Below are positions 8,237 through 18,600 of a stretch of DNA of 64,000 nt, one piece after another (position 1 is the first letter of the stretch; the number at the start of each line of letters is the position of its first letter). The position numbers and the translations under genes are program-made. The stretch is from positions 202,322-266,321 of the forward strand of contig CAWJPQ010000002.1 in the NCBI GenBank assembly GCA_963844825.1, written 5' to 3'. A model generated the notes under the pieces. It searched no databases. It saw nothing but the letters and a program-made list of their open reading frames with translations, and was not told where the DNA came from. This stretch comes from an uncultured Gammaproteobacteria bacterium. GTDB taxonomy: Bacteria; Pseudomonadota; Gammaproteobacteria; CAWJPQ01.

Positions 8237-9658
8237 CTACATCGGGCTCTTGAACTCAGAGTGCACATTCCTAAATCTCGGTTGTTCTTGCTTGGGATTG
8301 TAAGCTCTAGCGTCCTTCTGTTTGATCACCCGACTACCCAAAATATCTCGTGCTTCACCCAAGGACCAAACTGTTGCAAGATCGCTAGTCAGGTTTCGGT
8401 AGGCCGCCCGGAAACCTCGGGGCTGTTGCAAATTGGCAAAAAATTCGGGCAACGGCACTTTCAACCCTAAGTCAGGAGCCGGTGGCAAGCCTCTGAGTGC
8501 GGCATATGAGTTGTAGATTTGCACGAGCTTTGTTATCGGAATTCCTTGACGGGTCTGAACTCCATACTTAACTCGAATGTCATTCGAACCTCGCTGGATA
8601 TCGCGCATTAGCTTTGCCACAGCTTGATTCGCCTGAGCCACGCCAGATTCATCAAACAAGCGCCTTACTTCACGAAGTTGTGCCCTGACTTCGACAATTT
8701 CTGGAGCATCTCGAACTTGGCGAGCAGCCGCCACGATCTGTGCTGGGTCTGAGGTTTGTTTGGCCAGCCACGCGGAAAATACCGGCAACTGGAGGCCAGT
8801 AGTTGCAGCTAAACCAGCATGATGAATTTCGAAAACGTCCGCTGAGACTGAGCTTGAGAACTCGTTGACAATATGACGGGCGTAATCGAAACCGTAATTG
8901 CAGGTTTGGCTTAAGTAGCTTTGCTGATAGGTTTGCCTGATTGGATATAAGAAAGTGTCAGCCTGAAGGTGACGCCCAGCCATGCAGTAGAAAATTGAGC
9001 GATTCGCAAGCCAAACAAGAGATGCAACGAATGCTTTAATTGCAGCCGACGCTTCCCCAGTTGACTCCCCACCGTTATTCCACTTCGCCCCTGGAACCGC
9101 ATAGCCGTTGGTGATCGGCTGGCCGTATCGATCAACCAGCTCAACATCACTACTTGATCTATGACCAGATTCGCCTGCATCTGTAAGCTCGGAAAATATA
9201 GCGGCGGCGATGTTTCCGTACTTTGAAAACTCCTCCGAGTTGTCGGATAAGCTCTTGAGAGTAAGGTGATAGACGCTAGAGTTGATATCCCAAGTACAGA
9301 CAATATGGGTTTGCAGAAGCTCAATAAGATTTCGAAAATCTTGGTTAACAAACTCGCCGCCCTGAATTTTTGGCCTTAACTGACTTGCTTCTCGCCCAGC
9401 CAACTCTTCAAGTTCGGTGAACCTGTATCCATTTTTATCCAGAAAAGTTATCTCAGGGAACGCCGCCTTTCGAGGACCTCGATACGCTTCGATGTAATCA
9501 TCTACAGCTACTAATCTGTCATAGAACAACGTCGCTTGAACGAAGTTTTCGAGTGCGACAATATCAACGTCCACGGAATCATCCGTTTTTGAAAGCGCAT
9601 CGCCCGTCAGCCGCTGCACCGCAGTCAGAGTTGCATTGTCAATTAAGGCATACGTCAA
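8237..9658 (-). CDS. Hypothetical protein, 473 aa (cassette-borne orphan)
   Basis: Long uninterrupted ORF in AT-richer DNA, with a TTG start 8 nt after GAGGAG. I see no P-loop, nuclease, TIR, HEPN or TM motif. It is bounded by attC-like sites. Confidence 0.6.
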   Translation of the reverse strand: MTYALIDNATLTAVQRLTGDALSKTDDSVDVDIVALENFVQATLFYDRLVAVDDYIEAYRGPRKAAFPEITFLDKNGYRFTELEELAGREASQLRPKIQGGEFVNQDFRNLIELLQTHIVCTWDINSSVYHLTLKSLSDNSEEFSKYGNIAAAIFSELTDAGESGHRSSSDVELVDRYGQPITNGYAVPGAKWNNGGESTGEASAAIKAFVASLVWLANRSIFYCMAGRHLQADTFLYPIRQTYQQSYLSQTCNYGFDYARHIVNEFSSSVSADVFEIHHAGLAATTGLQLPVFSAWLAKQTSDPAQIVAAARQVRDAPEIVEVRAQLREVRRLFDESGVAQANQAVAKLMRDIQRGSNDIRVKYGVQTRQGIPITKLVQIYNSYAALRGLPPAPDLGLKVPLPEFFANLQQPRGFRAAYRNLTSDLATVWSLGEARDILGSRVIKQKDARAYNPKQEQPRFRNVHSEFKSPM

Positions 9659-9687
9659 CGTTCACTCCTCGGTGTGGTAGCAGGGCG

Positions 9688-9747
9688 CTCTAACGATGAA
9701 GCTCAGCCGCCGCGCTGTTTGCGGTCGGCTGCAGCGCATTGTTATAT
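9688..9747 (-). repeat. attC-like recombination site (60 bp)
   Basis: The minus strand reads ATATAAC...GTTAGAG, with paired arms aacaatgcgctgcagccgaccgc / gcggcggctgagcttcatcgtt. It sits about 30 nt upstream of the 473-aa ORF and its GAGGAG RBS. Confidence 0.5.
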
Positions 9748-10370
9748 GAGCGGAGCAACCTCGCCGATTTGCGACCGCCTTCCTTCGATACCCTCTTGCC
9801 ACCCATGCGCCTGGTAGCCGCGATCCCCGCAGCGACTACCGTTCCAGCAACGGGTGAGCGAAATGCGGGGCGGCCATCTATCAGTGGCCACGGGCCGTGA
9901 GGATACTGCGGGGGCGAAAGACACCATGTTCCCGCTGCGCATTTTGCCCATCGCAAATCAGCGAAGGTACCGTCGTCTCCGAGCAATGTCGCTGAGCTCA
10001 CCAATTCATTCTCGATGTCATCCGCATATATAACAGTGAGTAGACAGCACATAGCTGTGTTTAAACACAGACCTTTGCGGTATAGCCCCCATGGGTTTCC
10101 CTCCAACCCTTGGAATATACGGAGTAAATGTATATCTAGTGCCGTATATACCGCAGATTACCCCGAGGTAACGGTGCATTCAAGCTACGCGGGCATAGAC
10201 CGCATTATATTCAGGGGGGTTATGGTGCCTTGATTAGGCGAAATGGCTAAGCCGTGGTTGCGTTCGATCTGCGAACCCCGATGTTGATAGGCTGAGGCCA
10301 CAAGGCTGTACTGTGCCTTCGGTCGGGAACGGACTCTTAATGGTTAGACTAAGTCAAAAAATATAGGCAG

Positions 10371-10483
10371 AAAAAAGCCGCTACCGATCATCTGGTAACG
10401 GCCTGTTGTTACGGCCTCGGTGGGGTGTGGTCAAAAAACGGAACTGAATCTCCTTACACTATACCCCCGGGACGCCCGTCCCC
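10371..10483. repeat. Right, inverted copy of the ~105-bp element at 6421-6527
   Basis: See the left copy. A third copy of only the gggacgcccg.tccc hairpin lies at about 10553-10575. Confidence 0.8.
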
Positions 10484-10676
10484 TTTTTTTTAATGCCGGC
10501 ATGCCCGGCCCCCCTCGCCGTCCGGCGCGCGCCCAGCATGGGCATCGCGATTTACCCCAGGGACGCCCGGTCCCTCTGTGCCCGCGTATCGCCCCGCGAC
10601 CGGTATTGGTTTTCAAAGGCGAGCGGCTTGTTTATGCTTGAGCCATCCCACGGGCAACCACAACGGGCGAAGGCGG

Positions 10677-12164
10677 GTGAAAGAGCTTATCCTGGCGATC
10701 GATCAAGGGACCACGGGCACCACCGTGTGCCTGCTGGACGCCGCGGCGAATGTCCTGGCCGCCGTCACTCATGAGCACCCCCAGTATTACCCAAGGCCCG
10801 GCTGGGTCGAGCACGACCCCGAGGCCATATGGCAGACCGTCGTGGGGGGTATCGGTGATGTCCTGGCCAAGGCGAAGATTGCCGGCGAGCGCATTGCCGC
10901 CATCGGCATCACCAATCAGCGTGAGACGGTGGTGCTCTGGGACAGGGACACCCATGCCCCCCTCCACAACGCCATCGTCTGGCAGTGCCGCCGCACCACC
11001 GATTATTGCGAGCAGCTCAAGCAGGACAGCGCCGCCGGTATCATTCAGGAAAGGACCGGTCTGATCATCGACCCGTACTTCTCCGCGTCCAAGTTCCGCT
11101 GGCTGCTGGACAACGTGAAGGGGGCCCGGGCCATGGCGGACCAGGGCCGGTTGCGGGCGGGCACTGTCGATGCCTTCCTGCTGTGGCGGCTGACCGGCGG
11201 GCGCGTGCACAAGACCGACATCTCCAATGCCTCGCGCACCCAGCTCATGAACATCCACTCGGGCGAGTACGACCCGGAGTTGCTGAGCCTCTTCCGGGTG
11301 CCGGCGCACATCCTGCCCGAGATCGCCCTGTCCAATGAGGTCTTCGGCGCCACCCGCGGCGTGCCGGGGCTGCCCGATGGGATCCCTATCGCGGGCATGG
11401 CGGGCGACCAGCAGTCGGCCCTGTTCGGCCAGGCCTGTTTTGACGTGGGGATGTCCAAATGCACCTTCGGCACGGGGTCCTTCATGGTCATGAATACGGG
11501 GCGCGAGACGGTAGCGTCGCAATCCGGCCTGCTCACCACCGTCGCCTGGCACCTGGCGGGCGACAAGGCCCGCACCTACGCCCTGGAGGGAGGCGCCTTC
11601 GTGTGCGGCGCCGCCGTGCAGTGGCTGCGCGATCAGATGCAGTTCATCGAATCGAGTGCCGAGGTGGAGGCACTGGCCGGGCAGGTCACCAGCAGCGAGG
11701 GGGTGTTCCTCATCCCCGCCTTCGTCGGCCTCGGGGCACCCTACTGGAACCCCCATGCCCGCGCCACGCTGCTTGGCATGACCCGCGGCACCACCCGCGC
11801 CCACGTGGCCCGGGCGACCCTGGAGTCCATGGCCCTGCAAAACGCCGACATCCTCATGGCCATGGAAAAGGACCTGGGGTGCCGGACGAAGGCCCTGCGG
11901 GTGGACGGCGGCGCGGTGGAAAACGACCTGCTGATGCAGATGCAGGCCGACTTTCTCGGCGTCCCGGTGCAGCGGCCCAAGCACACCGAGTCCACGGTGC
12001 TGGGGGCCGCCTTCCTGGCCGGCCTGGGCGTCGGCTACTGGCCGGACCTGGCGGCCCTCGAGAAGCTCTGGACCCTGGACCGGGAGTTCACGCCTCGAAT
12101 GAGCGCGGCCGACCGGGACAGCCACCTGGAGCAGTGGCACCGCGCCGTCCAGCGGGTACTCTAA
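10677..12164 (+). CDS. glpK: Glycerol kinase
   Basis: FGGY kinase with N-terminal ILAIDQGTTGTTVCLLD, plus GITNQRETVVLWD and AGMAGDQQSALFGQ. I prefer the GTG start at 10677, which gives about 495 aa. The annotated ORF start at 10578 adds an implausible leader. Confidence 0.9.
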   Translation: MKELILAIDQGTTGTTVCLLDAAANVLAAVTHEHPQYYPRPGWVEHDPEAIWQTVVGGIGDVLAKAKIAGERIAAIGITNQRETVVLWDRDTHAPLHNAIVWQCRRTTDYCEQLKQDSAAGIIQERTGLIIDPYFSASKFRWLLDNVKGARAMADQGRLRAGTVDAFLLWRLTGGRVHKTDISNASRTQLMNIHSGEYDPELLSLFRVPAHILPEIALSNEVFGATRGVPGLPDGIPIAGMAGDQQSALFGQACFDVGMSKCTFGTGSFMVMNTGRETVASQSGLLTTVAWHLAGDKARTYALEGGAFVCGAAVQWLRDQMQFIESSAEVEALAGQVTSSEGVFLIPAFVGLGAPYWNPHARATLLGMTRGTTRAHVARATLESMALQNADILMAMEKDLGCRTKALRVDGGAVENDLLMQMQADFLGVPVQRPKHTESTVLGAAFLAGLGVGYWPDLAALEKLWTLDREFTPRMSAADRDSHLEQWHRAVQRVL

Positions 12165-12169
12165 ACGCC

Positions 12170-12500
12170 CCCGTCCCTTGTGCCGCCCCCTCACCCCGGC
12201 CCCTTTGGGGAGAGGGAGTAAAGAACAGCCCCGCGGGTAACGCCGTCCTGCCCCTTCCCCTCCGAGGGAGGAAAAGGCCGGGATGTAGACAGCAAGAACT
12301 GGCACCGCCGTCTGTTGCCTCTGCCTCCAGCCAAAAAGGGCATAGGAAAAAGAACCGCGCCCCGCGGGTACCGCCGTCCTTCCCCTTCTCCCCCCTTGGG
12401 GGGAGAAGGCCGGGATGAGGGGGGGCAGGAACGGGCACTGCCGCCTGTTGTGTCTTGCCCCCTGCCAAAAGGGAATAGAGGGAAAAGGGAAGCGGCTGGC
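12170..12500. repeat. REP-like extragenic repeats between convergent glpK and the OPT gene
   Basis: One cccctcaccccggcccctttggggagaggg unit is followed by two tandem ~125-bp units. Each tandem unit holds a G/C hairpin such as cttctccccccttggggggagaag. Related units occur at about 24645-24687 and 39868-40000. Confidence 0.7.
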
Positions 12501-12507
12501 CCGGACG

Positions 12508-14483
12508 TTACGCCGCCCGGGCGCCCCGGGTGGCGACCCGGTACAGGGCATAGCACAGCCCGGCCATGACCGCGACGCCGGGCCACTGGCCGAGGGGCTC
12601 GTTGGTGACGGCGGTGATGCCGAGGTGCGCCAACACATTGTGAACGGAAAGCACATCGGGCTCGCCGCTCATCACAATCGGAACCGCCAGCACGATGCCC
12701 AGCAGGGCCTCGCCGGTGATGAGTCCGGCGGCGAACAGCATGCCGGGGCGCAGTCCCGCTTCCGCCTCCTCGGCGCCGCGACGGCGGTGCGCGAAACGCC
12801 GCGCGGCATGAGCAATGAGCCCGCCCGCTAGGATCGTCACCGACAGGTCCAGGGGCAGGTAGATGCCCACGGCCACCGCCAGCACCGGCGCCCGCCACGG
12901 CCAGCCGCGGGTCCTGGCAGGCAGATCCACCAGGATGATGAGCACGCCGATCAACGCCCCGATGGCCACCATGCACCCAGGGCAGCCCGCCGTGGAAGAT
13001 GCCCCGGGCCACCGAGGCCATCAGCGTGGCCTGGGGCGCCGTCAGGGGATGCGGGTGGACCTGGTTCGCCGCGCCGATGCCGTACGCCGCAAGCAGCAGG
13101 TTCAGCACCGGGGCCATGACGAGTACGCCGGACACCACACCCACGGTCTGCATGACCTGCTGCTTCCAGGGCGTGGCCCTCAGCAGGTGGCCGGCCTTGA
13201 GGTCCTGCAGGTTGTCGCCGGCGATGGCGGCGGCGCAGCACACCACCGCGCCCACCATGATGGCGGCGGCGGGTCCCGATGGGGCTGTCGGGGCCCATGA
13301 GCCATAGCAACAGCAGGGCGGTGACCAGAATGGTGGCGATGGTGACCCCGGAGATGGGGTTGTTGGACGAGCCCACCAGCCCCGCCATATAACCGGCCAC
13401 CGACGAGAACAGAAAGGCCGTCACGACCATCATGACCGTCATGGGCAGGCTCACGGTAAGCGTGCCGGTGACCGACTGGTACAACAGGAACAAGGGCACG
13501 ATCAGCACCAGCACCGCCGTCCCCACCCACTTCATGGGCAGATCCTTGTCGGTCTCCGCGACGGCCGCGCTGGCCAGGGTATGCCCGCGGTACTGGTGCA
13601 GGCCGGTTCTGATACCGCTGAAGATGGAACCGCGCATGGCGATCAGGGCCCACAGGCCGCCCACCAGCATGGCTCCGACCCCCAGGTAGCGGATCTGCTG
13701 ATCCCAGACGGCATTGCCGAGGGCCGCCGCCGAGGCGCCGTCAGCGGCGAGCCGCGACAGGTCCGGGTCGCCATCCAGGAACCAGGTGGTGTAGACAGGA
13801 ATCGCCATATACCAAGAAATGACCCCGCCGGCAAACACCAGCGCCGCGATGTTCAGCCCGACGATATAGCCGACGGCGAGCAGGGCCGGTGACAGGGTAG
13901 CTCCCACATAGACCACGGTGCCCTTCCCCGCGTAGCCCGCCCCACTGGCCGTGCCGCTCCACAGGCGCAGCCCCGTCTCGCAGAGCTTGACGGCGGCACC
14001 GCTGAGCGCCGCATAGGCCAGGGCCTTGATGCCGGCGCCACCCTCGCCCGCCTTCAGCACCTCGGCGGTGGCGGCACCCTCCGGAAAGGCCAGCCCCTCT
14101 TCGATGATCAGCGAGCGGCGCAGGGGAATGGTGAACAGCACCCCCAGCACCCCGCCGATGCCGGCGATGGCCAGGACCCAGCCGTAGTCGAAGGTCTGCC
14201 AGAAGCCCAGCAGCACCAGGGCCGGCAGGGTGAACACCACCCCCGCCGCCAGGGCCTCGCCGGCGGAGGCCGCGGTCTGCACCACGTTGTTCTCGAGGAC
14301 GTTCGAGCCGCCCAGCAGGCGCAGAACGGCCATGGAGATCACCGAGGCGGGGATCGACGCCGAGACGGTCATGCCGGCGAACAGGCCCAGGTAGGCATTG
14401 GCCCCCGCCATCACCATGGCGAGCACCACGCCGAGAATTACCGCTTTGACCGAAAGCTGCGGCAGACCAGCTCTGTCGTGCAC
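12508..14483 (-). CDS. OPT family oligopeptide transporter; two frameshifts as sequenced (about 13275 and 12980)
   Basis: Three consecutive ORF pieces (14570-12951, 13258-12191, 12972-12508) each carry a collinear segment of one polytopic OPT protein. Examples are LSVKAVILGVVLAMVMAGANAYLGLFAGMTVSASIPASVISMA, AIAGDNLQDLKAGHLL and GLITGEALLGIVLAVP. The start is probably GTG 14483. Confidence 0.75.
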
Positions 14484-14603
14484 GTCCGTACCCCGCAAGG
14501 CCGCATTGGGCGTTCGTATCGTGTTGCGGCCGCCGTAAGGAATCCAGCCGCGTCGGAAGACGCAGCACAACTGCCCAGTATAGCAGGTGGGGACGCCCGG
14601 ATC

Positions 14604-15617
14604 TCAGAGGGACTTATAACCCTGCAGCATCTTGATGTAGTTGGCTCGCTCGAAGGCGGCGGGGTCCGCCACGTTGCGGTGGCTCATGCGTCCGCGGATG
14701 GCATCCAGCGAGTCCAGCTCCCGGGCGCCAAGCCAGTGTTCGAGGCCGACCAGCATGCGCTTGATGTGCCCGACCCCGTGCCTCAGCAGTGACGAGGTCG
14801 TCATCACCACGTCGGCCCCCGCCAGCAGGCACTTGATGACATCATCGGCGCCCTCGACGCCGGTGCTCGCCGCCAGCGAGGCCTTGACCCGGCCGGACAG
14901 GATCCCGATCCACAGCAGGGGCAGCCGCATCTCGTACGATGTGCTCAGCTCCAGATCCGATACGAGCTCCAGCTGCGCCAGATCGATATCCGGCTCATAG
15001 AACCGGTTGAACAGCACCAGACCGTCGGCGCCGGCCTCGTCGAGCCGGCAGGCCATGTGGCCGATGGCGCTGAAATAGGGCCCGATCTTGACCGCCACCG
15101 GGCAGCTCACCGTCTCCTTCACGCCCTTGACGATGTCGATATAGCGCTGCTCCACGTCCCGCCCCGACAGACTCAGATCGGAGGGGATGAAGTAGACATT
15201 CAGCTCGATGGCGCCGGCGCCGGCCTCCTCGAGCTGGCGCGCATAGTCGATCCAGCCGTGATTCGTAATGCCGTTGAGACTGGCGACCACCGGGATGTCC
15301 ACCGCCTCCACGGCGCGGCGAACCAGGTCCACGTAGCGCTGGGGGTCCATGGCGTAGGTAGCCTGGGCGGGAAAGTAGCTCAAGGCCTCGGGAAAGCTGT
15401 CGGTGCCGGCGGTGGTCAGCTCGTCGATCCGGTCCCGCTCGTGCTCCATCTGCTCCTCGAAGATCGACGGCAGCACCACGGCGCCCACCCCCATATCCTC
15501 CAGGCGCCGGATATTGTCGAGCTCGCCGGTGAGTGGGCCGGCGCCCGCCACCAGCGGATTGGCCAGCTCCAGTCCCAGATAGCGCGTTGTCAGGTCCATA
15601 GGGCCGCTGCTCCTCAC
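14604..15617 (-). CDS. Dihydroorotate dehydrogenase-like flavoprotein (PyrD/PreA-like, no Fe-S domain)
   Basis: 337 aa TIM-barrel flavoenzyme pattern (LELANPLVAGAGPLT..., IELNVYF, GADGLVLFNR, TGVEGADDVIKCLLAGAD). It overlaps the PFOR stop by 4 nt. Confidence 0.75.
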   Translation of the reverse strand: MRSSGPMDLTTRYLGLELANPLVAGAGPLTGELDNIRRLEDMGVGAVVLPSIFEEQMEHERDRIDELTTAGTDSFPEALSYFPAQATYAMDPQRYVDLVRRAVEAVDIPVVASLNGITNHGWIDYARQLEEAGAGAIELNVYFIPSDLSLSGRDVEQRYIDIVKGVKETVSCPVAVKIGPYFSAIGHMACRLDEAGADGLVLFNRFYEPDIDLAQLELVSDLELSTSYEMRLPLLWIGILSGRVKASLAASTGVEGADDVIKCLLAGADVVMTTSSLLRHGVGHIKRMLVGLEHWLGARELDSLDAIRGRMSHRNVADPAAFERANYIKMLQGYKSL

Positions 15618-18600
15618 GAATCGTTGCCGCCACGGTCCGGCCGGCCGGGCGCCGGCCCGCCGTCCAGGCTCGCCAGCTGTTCATAGCTTCGGTACTTGTC
15701 TTTAACCCCCGCCTGGGCCTGGCGCAGCAGTGCCTCGGCGTCGGCCGGCCGGGTGAGGGACAAGGCCCGGTACCGCAGCTCGTTGTAGGCGTAGTCCTTG
15801 AGCGGGATGGTCGGCCGGGGCGAATCCAGCCGGAAGGGGTTCTCACCGATCCCGCGCATGGTCGGGCTGTAGCGAAACAGGGGCCAGTAGCCGCTGGCGG
15901 TGGCCAGGTCCTGCTGCTTCATGCCGTAGCGCAGATCAAAGCCGTGGGCGATGCAATGGCTGTAGGCGAGGATCAGGGAGGGACCCTGATAGGCCTCGGC
16001 CTCGCGGAACGCCTGCAGGGTCTGCTGGGGATTGGCGCCCATGGCGACCTGGGCCACGTAGACGTTGCCGTAGGCGACGGCCTGCAGGGCCAGGTCCTTG
16101 CGCGGCACGCGCTTGCCCGCGGCGGCGAACTTGGCGATCGCCCCCAGGGGCGTTGCCTTGGAGGCCTGGCCGCCGGTGTTCGAATAGACCTCCGTGTCGA
16201 GCACCAGGCAATTGACGTCGCGCCCACTCGCCAGCACGTGGTCGAGACCGCCGTAGCCGATGTCATACGCCCAGCCGTCGCCGCCCACGATCCAGACGCT
16301 GCGCCGCACCAGATGGTCAACCACGGTTAGCAGGTCGCGCGCCGTCTCGTTGCCCTCAGCGAGCTCCAGGAGCCGGGTCTTGAGCTCGGCGACGCGCACC
16401 CGCTGGGCGCGGATCTCGGACTCGCGCACCTGGGGCGCGTTCAGGATGGCGTCCACCCGTTCCCCGCCGAGCTCGGACGACAGGGACTTGAGGCGGGCGG
16501 CGGCCAGGTCCAGGTGCTTGTCGGCCGCCAGGCGAAAGCCCAGGCCGAACTCGGCGTTGTCCTCGAACAGGGAGTTGGACCAGGCCGGGCCGCGCCCCTC
16601 CCGGTCCTTGCTCCAGGGGGTGACGGGCAGGTTGCCGCCATAGATGGACGAGCAGCCCGTGGCGTTAGCCACCATCGCCCGATCGCCGAACAGCTGCGAC
16701 AGCAGCTTCAGGTAAGGCGTCTCGCCGCAGCCGGCGCACGCCCCCGAGAACTCGAACAGCGGCTCGAGGAACTGCACCCCGCGCACGTTCTCGAAGTCGA
16801 CCCGCGCCCGATCGTTGACCGGCAGGCCCTCGAAGAAGGCGATGTTGGCCCGCTCGGCCTCCACGAGCGGGGCCTTGGGTTCGAGATTGATGGCCTTGAC
16901 GCCGGATTCCACGGGACTGTGGGCCGGACAGGCCTCGATGCACAGGCCGCAGCCCGTGCAGTCCTCCACATAGAACTGCAGGCTGAAGTTCACGCCCGGA
17001 TAGCCGCGGGCGTTGATCGGCGCCGATTTGAAGCTTGGCGGCGCCTCTGTCAGCCGCTCCTCGTCGTAATACCGGCCGCGGATGACGCTGTGGGGACACA
17101 CGAAGCTGCACTGCCCGCACTGGATACACAGGTCCGGCCGCCACACGGGGACCTGGTCGGCAACATTGCGCTTTTCCCACATGGCCGTCCCCGAGGGGAA
17201 GGTCCCGTCCTCCGGCATCAGGCTTACCGGAATCCGGTCACCCAGGCCCCGGAACATCTCGGCGGTCACCTGGCGTACGAATTCGGGGGCGCTGTCGGGC
17301 ACCGGGGGTGCACGGTCAAATGTGCTGGTCGCATCAAGCGGCACTGTCACCTCGTGGAGCTGCGACAGGGTCTCGTCCACGGCCTTGAAGTTGCGCCGCA
17401 CCAACTCCTCGCCCTTCCTGCCGTAGGTCTTGCGGATGGACACCTTGATCTGCTCGATGGCCTCGTCCCGGGGCAGGACCCTCGAGATGGCGAAAAAGCA
17501 GGTCTGGAGCACCGTGTTGGTGCGGGTCTTGAGGCCCACCTCCCGCGCCACCCGGGTGGCGTCGATGACGAAGAACTTGAGCCGCTTGTCGATGATCTGC
17601 CGCTGGACCGATCGCGGCAGGTGATCCCAGACCTCATCCGGGCCGTGGGGGCTGTTGAGCAGAAACACCGCGCCGTGGCCGGCCAGTCGCAAAACGTCCA
17701 GGCGCTCGAGAAAATGGAACTGATGACAGCCGACGAAGTTCGCCGACTCGATCAGGTAGGGGGAGCGGATCGGCCGCGGCCCGAAGCGCAGGTGCGACAC
17801 CGTCTGGGCCCCGGACTTGTGGGAATCGTAGACGAAATAGGCCTGGGCATGGAGACCCGGCTGTCCGGCGATGATCTTGGCGCTGTTCTTGTTGGCCCCC
17901 ACAGTGCCGTCGGCGCCCAGGCCGTAGAACACGGCGCGCACGGCGTCGTCCGGTTCGATGCAATAGTCCGGCTCGATCTCCAGGCTGGTATGGGTCACGT
18001 CATCGTTGATGCCCACGGTGAAGCCGTGCCGGGGCTCGGACTTTTTCAGCTCGTCGAACACCGCCTTGGCCATGGCGGGGGTGAAGTCCTTGGACGACAG
18101 CCCGTAGCGGCCCCCGATGATCTTGGGCAGGGTCGCGCGCTGACCCGACGAGAAGGCCCGGGCCAGGCATTCCACCACGTCCAGATACAGGGGCTCGCCC
18201 CCGGCGCCGGGCTCCTTCGTCCGATCGAGGACGGCGACCGCGCGGCAGCTCTGGGGCAGCGCCGCCAGGAAATGGGGCGCCGAGAAGGGGCGATACAGGC
18301 GCACCTGCACCACCCCGACCTTCTCGCCGCCGGCCCGCAGGGCCGCAGCCGTTTCCCGCGCCGTCTCGGCCCCGGAGCCCATCAGCACGACCACCCGCTC
18401 GGCGTCGTCGGGACCGTCGTAGTCGAAGAGCCGATACTGGCGGCCGGTCAGGCCCGCAAAGTCATCCATGGCCGCCTGTACGATGTCCGGCACCGCGGCG
18501 TAGAACCGGTTCACCGCCTCGCGCCCCTGGAAGAAGGTGTCGGGGTTCTGGGCCGTGCCGCGGATGAACGGGTGCTCGGGATTGAGGGCCCGGAGTCGGT

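Larger units (their letters stand above)
6528..10370 (-). mobile_element. AT-richer island made of integron-type gene cassettes with no integron integrase (CALIN-like array)
   Basis: There are three attC-like imperfect palindromes. On the minus strand each lies immediately after one ORF and a few nt before the next ORF start. Base composition differs from the flanks. No intI or transposase is present. Confidence 0.6.

Noticed and set aside
9690-10106. 138-aa minus-strand ORF in the rightmost part of the island (a possible fourth cassette gene)
   Set aside because: It has no RBS or motif, and its 3' end reads straight through the attC-like palindrome at 9688-9747. It cannot be excluded as a small cassette ORF, but it is not supportable.
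10255-10285. tRNA-like T-arm (gttcgatctgcgaac) that might mark a tRNA or att site
   Set aside because: It is only a 5-bp stem with a 5-nt loop. There is no acceptor, D or anticodon arm around it and no GTTCGAATC-type loop.
10230-10345. Possible fourth attC (GTCTAAC on the minus strand at 10339-10345), and another at 6555-6605 (CTTAGAC...GTTATAT)
   Set aside because: I could not find a convincing complementary arm or a partner GTTRRRY box for either. They may be degenerate sites.
12191-13258. The 355-aa and 154-aa (12508-12972) ORFs treated as separate genes
   Set aside because: Only part of each is protein-like, and those parts are consecutive segments of one OPT transporter.
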